Origin: an uncultured Pseudomonadota bacterium
GTDB taxonomy: Bacteria; Oederibacteriota; Muellerivitia; Muellerivitales; Muellerivitaceae
Assembly: GCA_963836235.1 (NCBI GenBank)
Contig: CAWIIP010000002.1
Span: 1,248,001 to 1,312,000, forward strand
Length of the DNA: 64,000 bases
Reading direction: 5' to 3'
How positions within the stretch are numbered: position 1 is the first letter of the stretch; each line of letters opens with the position of its first letter. Shown here piece after piece: positions 57,501 to 64,000 of this stretch. Position numbers and translations under genes: made by a program. The notes beneath the pieces are model-generated. The model was not told the DNA's origin and did not search any database. It was given only the letters and a program-made list of their open reading frames with translations.

Positions 57501-60279
57501 CGGTATTAGCGGAGTTCGAGTTTCCGATGCCCACATAAACGTTCCCAGTGCCGTCGAAGGCGATTCCCCGGGGGGCGTAGGAAAGGGTGCAGGCATGGTC
57601 GAAGGTCCAGGTCGGCGCCCCCGTGATGTCATAGACGTTCAGCACGCCGGTGAGCGCGTTGGTGACGTAACCATGGGTGTTGCAGGCGTCCAACCGGACG
57701 TAATAAGGATTCATCATCGTCGGCGGCACTCCCGCGATGGGCGGAGTCTGCAGGTTATAGGCGCCGGCAGAGTAGGAATAGGCTTCTAAAATTCCGGCCA
57801 GGCCCGCGTTGACGTTTTCCACCGCGTAAAGTGTCGTTCCGGCCGAATTCATCGCCACGCAGGACAATCCCTGCAGGCCGCTGGCGGCCGTTGCCTTCAA
57901 GCTGTAGCTGATGCCCGATCCGTCATAACGGTATACAAACCCGTCATATGTCGCCACATATAAGGCGTTGTTCACTCCACCGGCTCCACCATTAGGCTGG
58001 AACCAAAGGGCTTGCGAGGAATCCGAACCGGGCAAGGTAATGGTGGCCTCTAAAGCATAAGGGGAATTGGCTTGGTATATTTGGACTTGACCGTTGTCCG
58101 TGAAGACATAACCACCGACCGAGTCCACCGTCAAATCATCGATCGTACCACTTCCAAATTGGACACCCGCTCCCCCCAAAAGGGTAAAGGCAAGGGGTCC
58201 GATGGGTCCGGGAGCCAAATCCGCCGCGTACAACATCGAATTAACGCTGTCATAAGCCAATCCGGCGCCGGCCCGGGCGAAACCCGTATAGGCCAAGGGC
58301 AAGCCGGTACAGCTGTTGCAGACCGTGGGCTGTGGGGTCGGCGTGAAGCTGGGGGTGGGGCTGGGGAATCCTGGGGTGGGTCCGATGATCATCGCGCATT
58401 TAGGGCTGCCTAAACCCGTGGTCAGGTTGTAACCGGCCAGGGCGGTGTAGAGTCCGCTGCCCGAATAATTATTGTTGCTGCCGTCGTTGATGTTGTTGAA
58501 GTAGGCGCCGCTATAGGGCCCGGGGTAGCCCGCCAGGGAATAAAGCGTGGGGTTGGCGAATCCGACGGTTCCCCCACCGGTGGACTCCGACTGCTGGTTC
58601 AACAAGGCGGTGAAGCCGGCCCACAATGGAGCGGCGGCGCTGGTGCCCGCTTCCAGGGTTTGGAGCCCGTCCTGGGTATAGATGTAAATATCGTCCGCCA
58701 AAAAGGCGACGTCCGGGATGTTCCGGTAGGTGGATGAAACCTGTGGATTGGCGGAGGTGATGCCGTTTTGCCAGGCCGGGAAAGGAAGACCCGCTGGATT
58801 GTCCGAGGTGGAGCCACAATAGCCCCCCCCGCTCACCGAGTTGCCGGGCTTTTCATTGGGATCGTTCCAGGTGGTTTCCGAGACATAGAACCCGGCCGAG
58901 GTCCCGAACGTGCCAGAGCTCACCAAGGAAGTCCCCCCGCAAACCGTCATCAAGGGCGTCATGATCGTCGGCTGCCAAACATCGGGAAACACCGAACCGG
59001 CAATGTTATAAGCGCCTAAATCACCGGACGCCTGGAAAAAGGATTGCCCTTGCGCGGCGTACTCTAAAAAAATATTGGTGACGTTGGGATCGACAAGTCC
59101 GGACCAGGCCCAAGAACTGCTGATTTGCTGGGCCAAGTCGTCCTCGGCGATGCGGCTTAAAACATCGTCGGGGTTGAAGGCAAAATTGAAGAGCGCGCAA
59201 TTGGAGGGCTGGTTGTTGGGCCCCTCGTAAACCAGGATGGTCGCATTGGGCGCCATGGACCAGGCCATGTCAATATCCAGGATCACTTCGTCCTCGGCGC
59301 AACTGGGCGGTTGGGGCCCTAATTCATCCACGGGAACGATTGTGAGATTGGGAAAAGGGAGCGTAGTGTAGTTGGAATAATCGACCACATCCGTCTCGTA
59401 ATAATTATCCGCCTCAAAAAGCGCGATGGTTTGCCCGGCACCGGAGGAAAGAGTGCAGTTAGAAAAATAGACGTTGCGGATGTCATAGCCGGTATAGGTA
59501 TAGCCGGATACTCCCGGGAAGAAGTCGCCGATGGGAAGTCCCGTGCCGGAGTTGGGCTGGATTTGCAGTTTACCGGCGGCCGAAGGTTTAGCCTTCCCCA
59601 CCGGCGATAAAGCCTTCCTTCCGAAAGAATGGTTGAAATGGCGGATCTCGCCGGAATTATCCAGGCCCGAGATATGCTCAAGGGGCACGTCCAGGTCAAG
59701 GGAAGGTTCGTTTTCTGGGGCGAAAAATTGGCGCCCATCCGGACGCTGGTAGATATGCAACCGAACGTTGAACGCCTTTTGGACGGCATCTGCGGTTCCG
59801 CTCACGTCCAGCAACAATCGGTTCTTGTGAGTTTGCGTGACGCTTAGACCTTGCGATCGAACGAAAGCGGCCAGTGCCCGGTAATCCGAATCTGTGGGCC
59901 CGAACATTTCCGTGAATTGGTCCGGTTTCAAATAATGGCGATACAGCGAGCTCTTGGGGTCGGAAAGCCCGTCAACCAGTTCTTGCAGCTTAATTTTATT
60001 GCGAAGGGGAAGACCGATGGCGAGGTTGAGGGTCTGGTTGGCGGGGACATCTCCAACTATAGAGGCCTTAGCCAAGTCCGCTGGTACATGGCCCTTGAGG
60101 GTTTGTCGCCCATGGGTACCGGGGGTCGATTGGAAACCAGCCAGGAGCAGGGCAACGGGGGCCAAAAAGAGCCCGATTCGGATGCCCCCATTCCAACCCT
60201 TGAAAATATTTTTTTTCGGGATCATAAATTTTAAAAATACCTTTTGTGGCGACCGGGTTAATATTTTTTTTATAAACAC
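54508..60279 (-). CDS. Multidomain exported protein: S53 (sedolisin/kumamolisin) pro- and catalytic domains, beta-propeller, T/P stalk, NHL propeller, T/P stalk, CBM3-like domain, FlgD/CTD-like domain
   Basis: Pro-domain 'L.LRN...L......P.S..Y..YL..QF...FGPT'. Catalytic 'EVILDID', 'ASGDLG', 'RNIPDVA', '[11 protein letters not shown]'. NHL '[20 protein letters not shown]'. CBM3-like 'LNLITIKFW...[12 protein letters not shown]....DWYS'. CTD ending 'KVAILR'. Confidence 0.85.
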   Translation of the reverse strand: MFIKKILTRSPQKVFLKFMIPKKNIFKGWNGGIRIGLFLAPVALLLAGFQSTPGTHGRQTLKGHVPADLAKASIVGDVPANQTLNLAIGLPLRNKIKLQELVDGLSDPKSSLYRHYLKPDQFTEMFGPTDSDYRALAAFVRSQGLSVTQTHKNRLLLDVSGTADAVQKAFNVRLHIYQRPDGRQFFAPENEPSLDLDVPLEHISGLDNSGEIRHFNHSFGRKALSPVGKAKPSAAGKLQIQPNSGTGLPIGDFFPGVSGYTYTGYDIRNVYFSNCTLSSGAGQTIALFEADNYYETDVVDYSNYTTLPFPNLTIVPVDELGPQPPSCAEDEVILDIDMAWSMAPNATILVYEGPNNQPSNCALFNFAFNPDDVLSRIAEDDLAQQISSSWAWSGLVDPNVTNIFLEYAAQGQSFFQASGDLGAYNIAGSVFPDVWQPTIMTPLMTVCGGTSLVSSGTFGTSAGFYVSETTWNDPNEKPGNSVSGGGYCGSTSDNPAGLPFPAWQNGITSANPQVSSTYRNIPDVAFLADDIYIYTQDGLQTLEAGTSAAAPLWAGFTALLNQQSESTGGGTVGFANPTLYSLAGYPGPYSGAYFNNINDGSNNNYSGSGLYTALAGYNLTTGLGSPKCAMIIGPTPGFPSPTPSFTPTPQPTVCNSCTGLPLAYTGFARAGAGLAYDSVNSMLYAADLAPGPIGPLAFTLLGGAGVQFGSGTIDDLTVDSVGGYVFTDNGQVQIYQANSPYALEATITLPGSDSSQALWFQPNGGAGGVNNALYVATYDGFVYRYDGSGISYSLKATAASGLQGLSCVAMNSAGTTLYAVENVNAGLAGILEAYSYSAGAYNLQTPPIAGVPPTMMNPYYVRLDACNTHGYVTNALTGVLNVYDITGAPTWTFDHACTLSYAPRGIAFDGTGNVYVGIGNSNSANTGITVIAGCPCVPPTPTYSNTPTGTATLTATLTPTPTATNSATGTASGTATPTATNSATGTASVTASNSPTSTVTTTPTNSSTSSATNTVTTTLTLTATGSPTRTATLTATRTPTLTATLTPTRTKTSTPANTATRTVTGTPTKTATLTPSGTPTRTATKTGTPTQTATRTATKTPTKTATLTPTGTKTSTPANTATRTVTGTPSFTASPTPTSTVTKTLTNSPTTTVTNTRTNTPTTSPTRTLTGTATLTATSSLTGTPTFSLTVTPTNTPALTPTNSATSTVTSTVTVTPTATTCTFTLVSTFGSPGTGLGQFETPYDVAVDPSGNIYVADSTGRITEWNGPPTAPTAVATWTITSLGTAPYHLTADAQYLYAVSSSGYDIFNIPSGTLHSSGNSSPVSFWGIGEDGSGNLYIADNSHDRVFAFYQPLYAQSLFVNTGTPSLGVAVDGQTNVYVSDSLGNVQKYNSAGVAQPVITTAGTGTGQTGGAVDDVAVDGCGRVFVDDSTNGRVLLFGPGGVPYLTSINYASGAGTVYGIGTDKNGYLYVALSALDEVEVFAPQACLVCIPPTATATPSPSPIPTATSTPTQTATSTATVTPTNSPTVTASSTATATPTLSPTPSSTLTPTFTSTLTPTNSTTPTPTNTLTPTPTNSPSRTSTLTTTNSPTKTPTLTSTPTASYTPTLSPTMGVVCGTSSIDLQLEEFTTCAANQANETFEVINAGTSAVNLNLITIKFWVDDINYTLVGADTVAGAVNYGGGNGPSNTAVSGVAINAVNFFPACGPGPSQQANWEVTVSTTDTASLSAGTTWGNIQTAIHINNYPNFNPGSADWYSPCGVGGGTAYAVNVNYAIYYQGNLVTASGGVPPSCRPNPTCTPASPAVPALAQRMEGTPSLTPTSGNGTVPFIVAAPNVSRNGEPIHFLVNLQTPGQINLVLFDITGEIVWEGSVEGNSGRNSLAWNLENQSGVPVASGLYLYAVEANDGTSTITQRGKVAILR

Positions 60280-60570
60280 TCATTGTTAAATTCTGGGCAA
60301 ATTCTAAGTCATTGTTTGTAAAAGTCTAACTAATAAAATTTTTTATTCGGAAAAGTAAAATCGATTTGAGGAGTCGAGCAAGCTTTCATAAAAATATTTG
60401 ACCGCTTTTAAAATAAAGTTGAAGAGAGAGAAACTTTGAAGAGATCCTGAAAAATTTAATTTCGTCGTGGAAAGAGCCGACTCATCAAAATGGAGTTTAA
60501 TTTATTTGAGGCTGTGCCCCAAACTGTTCCCGCCAAATAAAAGTTTTCAAAACTTACGTCGTGAATAGGG

Positions 60571-62949
60571 TTAGTAAGTGACTTCCACGCCCAGGTAAGG
60601 CAGGAAGGGCAGGTCCAGCTCTTCCGTGGTTTGGGTGTAATCGCTGTTGTATTGGTAGCCCAGGACGTTTTTGGTGTGGAAGAGATTGACGATATCCAGA
60701 TAAACCTTCCATTCCCAGGTGTCATAAACGGTCTTGAAGGATGTGGAAAAATCCACCCGCCGGTAATCGGGAAGCCGGGCGGAATCAGCGGAAGCGTAAA
60801 TCGGATCGTAAATAGTCGTGGGCGCCCCGTTGACGGTGACGACCGTGGAGGGCGCGGACAAGACCGGGGTCCAGGGGGCGCCGGTGGAGTAAAGGACCTT
60901 GAACCCAATGTCCCAGCCGGGGTTTAGCTTGTAACTTCCCACGATGGTGAGGACATTGGGCTCGTCATAGGCGAAGGGATAAGGGGTTTCGCCGGGGGCG
61001 TCCTGTCGCTGGGAAGAGCTGAGCGAATAGGCGATCCACCCGAAGAAGCGCTCGGTGGGAGGCTGTCGCAGGAAAAACTCCACACCCCGGGCGTATCCCG
61101 TTCCCGTGTTGAAATAACCCTCCCCCGGAATGGGGTTGGGATTGGTGACGATCTGGCTGGAAAAGTCTTTCTCATATCCTTCTACCCTGAATAAAAGGCC
61201 GGAGGCGTCCAACTTTTGCTCCACCCCCAAAACGCTGGCGATGGATTGTTCCGGCGCCAAGTGGGGATTGCCCAGATTCGAGTCCAAGTAAGGGAAGTCA
61301 CTGATGCGGTCCGGCGCCTCGTCGTAATAGCCCCAGGAAGCCTTGAGGGTGGTATCGTCCGTCAAATGGTAGGCGGCGGAAGCCCGGGGCGTGAGGAAGA
61401 GTGTGGAATCCGAATTGACGTAATCCGCCCGGGCCCCCAGGGAAAACTCCAGCCGCTTATCCAGCGTCTTGAATTTCTGGTCGAGGAAGGCGGAAAAATC
61501 GTTGGAGCTGGTGGTGCCCTGGGAGCGCACCTTGCCGTCGAGGGTCAAGTTGTTGCTGTACTGGTCGTTCAATTGGCTGGGAAAAATGGGGAAATAGGCG
61601 TTCAAGGCATTGATGAAATGGTCGTACTCCAGCCCCCCTTCCAGGCTGGTGTCGGCGTCGAAGGCATGGGTCAGAGAAGCCTTATCGCCGAAGTCCTCAA
61701 TGGTGGTGTCCTCATACAACCCAGGCCCTAAGGCGAAATTAAAATAAGTGTTCGTGTGGTAGGCCGTGTTGGCGATGATGTTTTGGCTGTCCGAAGCGTC
61801 CCGGTAATTAATCCCCTGGCTGTTGTAACCGTCGCTGAAATTAAAGCCTCCGGCCAAATCCGGGTCGTTGACCGCCACCGTCGCGGCGGCGGAAATGGAA
61901 CCCATGATGCTGTCGGTGCTTCCCAAGGCCACGAAATCGAAATGAACTTTCGGTGAGGGGTTGTAACTGTATTTCACCTGGTAATCGCTGAAGACCGGCA
62001 CCTCGATATCGCCCTGGGTGCCCGAGAAGTCCTTCAGGAAAAGGTCCAGGTAGCTCCGCCGCCCGGCGATGGCCAGGGAACTGTTGGAAGTAATGGGCCC
62101 TTCCGTCTCGAACTCAGAGAGGAATAGGTTCACGTCCTCGCGGAAGCCCCAGCGGTCCGAGCGGGAGTCCCGCTGGGTCAGGTCCACGAGGCCGCCCATG
62201 GAATTGGGGAACTGGGGGCCGAACCCTCCGGCATAAAAGTCGATGTCCTTGATTAGGTTGGAGTCGAGGGTCGAGACGATCCCGAAGTGGTAGGGAAAGT
62301 CGATGGGCACGTTGTCCACGTAATATTGGTTGTCGTCGGGCCCGCTTCCCCGTACCAAAAGTTGGCCATTGAGCGATCCGGCGGTGATGACCCCGGGCAG
62401 GGCTTGGAGGGCCTTCAACACGTCCTCCTGGGTGCCTGGCACGTTGGTCAGTTCCTGTTTGGAAAGGGATTCCTGGCTGACCTGGGTTTTCGCGACCTTA
62501 TCGGTGGAAACCACCACTTCCGGCAGGGTGAACCCGTCCCGCTCCAGGTAAAAATCTTTTCGCGTGTCCTTGCCGATGGGAAGGGAAACCAGGGTGGCTT
62601 TCTTGAACCCCTCACCCGCCACCGTCAGGCGGTAAGTGCCGGGTGGCACCGAAAGCTTGTAATTTCCCTTTAAGTCCGCGTCGGCTGAGAAAGTGGCTGG
62701 GGTAGTAATCGCTTCCGTTGGGGTGGAGGATTCGGTTGCGAGGGTGTTTCCTACCGCCTCCAAATAAAGGCTTCCCCCAATGACCGGAGCCCGGTTTCCC
62801 TTTTCCAATATTCGGCCCGAAAGGAGATATAGAGAGGAGGTGGAAGGGGTACCTTCGGGCGTTGGCGTTTGGGCTTGGACAAGCGGACAAAAACCGGAAA
62901 GTAACAGGACTAAAACCGATAGCCTGGTTCCCGAAACTTTCATAGCCAC
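60571..62949 (-). CDS. TonB-dependent receptor with N-terminal carboxypeptidase-regulatory-like domain
   Basis: Signal peptide, 'LPEVVV' TonB-box-like motif, plug 'DVLKALQALPGV...VRG...N.YYVD', barrel ending 'GVEVTY'. Confidence 0.9.
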   Translation of the reverse strand: MAMKVSGTRLSVLVLLLSGFCPLVQAQTPTPEGTPSTSSLYLLSGRILEKGNRAPVIGGSLYLEAVGNTLATESSTPTEAITTPATFSADADLKGNYKLSVPPGTYRLTVAGEGFKKATLVSLPIGKDTRKDFYLERDGFTLPEVVVSTDKVAKTQVSQESLSKQELTNVPGTQEDVLKALQALPGVITAGSLNGQLLVRGSGPDDNQYYVDNVPIDFPYHFGIVSTLDSNLIKDIDFYAGGFGPQFPNSMGGLVDLTQRDSRSDRWGFREDVNLFLSEFETEGPITSNSSLAIAGRRSYLDLFLKDFSGTQGDIEVPVFSDYQVKYSYNPSPKVHFDFVALGSTDSIMGSISAAATVAVNDPDLAGGFNFSDGYNSQGINYRDASDSQNIIANTAYHTNTYFNFALGPGLYEDTTIEDFGDKASLTHAFDADTSLEGGLEYDHFINALNAYFPIFPSQLNDQYSNNLTLDGKVRSQGTTSSNDFSAFLDQKFKTLDKRLEFSLGARADYVNSDSTLFLTPRASAAYHLTDDTTLKASWGYYDEAPDRISDFPYLDSNLGNPHLAPEQSIASVLGVEQKLDASGLLFRVEGYEKDFSSQIVTNPNPIPGEGYFNTGTGYARGVEFFLRQPPTERFFGWIAYSLSSSQRQDAPGETPYPFAYDEPNVLTIVGSYKLNPGWDIGFKVLYSTGAPWTPVLSAPSTVVTVNGAPTTIYDPIYASADSARLPDYRRVDFSTSFKTVYDTWEWKVYLDIVNLFHTKNVLGYQYNSDYTQTTEELDLPFLPYLGVEVTY

Positions 62950-62952
62950 TCC

Positions 62953-63543
62953 TTATCCATTAATTTCAAAGCGGTAGGGAATCTTAATTCTCACCGGCAC
63001 CGGCTCCGAACCCGCGTAGGCGGGGGTGAAGGTCGATTGCTTCATGGCGGCCGCCGCCGCCTCGTCGCAGCCGGAACCCAAACCCTGGAGCACTTCCACG
63101 TCCATCACCGCCCCCGTGGCGTCGATATCCACCTGCAAAATCACCACGCCCTCGATGCCGGCGCGCTTGGCCGAATCGGGGTAAAGGGGTTTGACCTGTG
63201 TAACGAAGTGGGGCAGTTGGCTGACCTGGGCCACGGACCGGATGGCGCCGGTTCCCTGCCCTATCTCGGCCGCTTGGGCGGCGGACGCGGGCGTCGGCAC
63301 TTCTTTGGGTTTGGGAAGGGGAAGCCGGGCCATCCGGCGGAGCATCGGCTTTTGCCAGATGTCCTCCTTCGGCGGCTGGTAAAGGGCGGCGGACTTGGAG
63401 GGGGCGAAGTCCAATGTAACCGTGGTTAGGTCCAGAAAGTGGGAACGCCCGATAAAAAGAACGGACAGGATAAAAGCCAGATGCGTCCCGACGGACAAAG
63501 CCCAGGAAAGAGGGGGCAAGGATAGGAAGTTGCGGCCCTTCAC
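62953..63543 (-). CDS. tonB: Energy transducer TonB
   Basis: TM 'SVGTH' (SxxxH), Pro-rich linker, 'P.YP..A...GIEG.V.L...ID..G.V', 'F.PA'. Confidence 0.9.
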   Translation of the reverse strand: MKGRNFLSLPPLSWALSVGTHLAFILSVLFIGRSHFLDLTTVTLDFAPSKSAALYQPPKEDIWQKPMLRRMARLPLPKPKEVPTPASAAQAAEIGQGTGAIRSVAQVSQLPHFVTQVKPLYPDSAKRAGIEGVVILQVDIDATGAVMDVEVLQGLGSGCDEAAAAAMKQSTFTPAYAGSEPVPVRIKIPYRFEING

Positions 63544-63944
63544 GGCTTCTCCGCTCCCAGGGCCACCTGGCTGACGCCCGCCTGGCGCACCATGTCCAAA
63601 ACTTCCATGACCTTCTGGTAGTCCACCGATCCGTCGGCGGAAAGCACCACCCGTAATTCGGGATTTGTGATGGCGGATTCCTTGAGTTGGGTGGACAAAT
63701 CGGTTTTCTCGGTTTTCTTACCCTGGTAAAAAATTTCGTCCTTGGTATTCAGGACGATGGAAACGCTTCGGGGAAGGGATGGGTCCGTGCTGTAGGATTT
63801 GGGCAGGTGGACCGGAACCGAGGGCGTGGCGATGAAACTGGCGGTCAGCATGAAGATGATTAAGAGCACCAGCATGATATCCACCAGCGGCACCACGTTG
63901 ATCTGCGTGATGGGCTCGTCCGGATCGTGGGTGGAAGCGGCCAT
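63540..63944 (-). CDS. exbD: Biopolymer transport protein ExbD
   Basis: 'INVVPLVDIMLVLLIIFM', 'V.LP', 'AD..V.Y..V..V.D....AG'. Confidence 0.93.
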   Translation of the reverse strand: MAASTHDPDEPITQINVVPLVDIMLVLLIIFMLTASFIATPSVPVHLPKSYSTDPSLPRSVSIVLNTKDEIFYQGKKTEKTDLSTQLKESAITNPELRVVLSADGSVDYQKVMEVLDMVRQAGVSQVALGAEKP

Positions 63945-63947
63945 CGT

Positions 63948-64000
63948 CTAGTCTTTCCTTTGGACATAGGCCAACAGCAAACCTGAAAGGCGGTCGGCGT
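63948..64000 (-). CDS. 3' end of the upstream gene, probably ExbB/MotA/TolQ
   Basis: Open frame ...ADRLSGLLLAYVQRKD* ends 3 nt before the exbD ATG. Identity inferred from synteny only. Confidence 0.5.
   Translation of the reverse strand, partial: ADRLSGLLLAYVQRKD

Noticed and set aside
1-64000. rRNA, tRNA, IS elements, prophage, known defence systems, and a GC-skew switch
   Set aside because: No recognisable signatures seen. Spot counts of G versus C were too noisy to call an origin or terminus.

Overview
Gene-dense 64-kb stretch of a diderm bacterial chromosome (standard genetic code, roughly mid-50s % GC by eye). It holds about 55 supportable CDS. I recognised no rRNA, tRNA, CRISPR array, transposase, integrase or phage genes. 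Recognisable modules: NodIJ-like ABC-2 exporter, MarR-TolC-EmrA-EmrB efflux operon, OmpR-family two-component pair, glucose dehydrogenase/glycogen-debranching/GH63 operon, a three-gene and apparently degenerate Mrp (MnhB/C/D) module, a YciI(DGPF)x2-ECF42 sigma locus with its predicted promoter, and exbB-exbD-tonB-TBDR. The most distinctive theme is the cell surface. Two large exported proteins share long alternating-Thr/Pro stalks and a C-terminal FlgD/T9SS-CTD-like domain: an SBBP beta-propeller protein and a 1923-aa S53 sedolisin-propeller-NHL-CBM3-like protein. The window also encodes a Thr/Pro lipoprotein, two paralogous TPR + beta-barrel outer-membrane proteins, three GT-C-type membrane glycosyltransferase candidates and a secreted serpin. 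This protein style resembles what I recall of poorly characterised lineages such as candidate division FCPU426, but that is inference, as no marker gene is present. Non-coding highlight: four ATTGCGACATAA boxes, two forming a perfect 28-bp dif-like palindrome, abutting a second perfect palindrome (51981-52135). Two single-base insertions (about 49309 and about 54346) disrupt otherwise intact genes and may be assembly errors.
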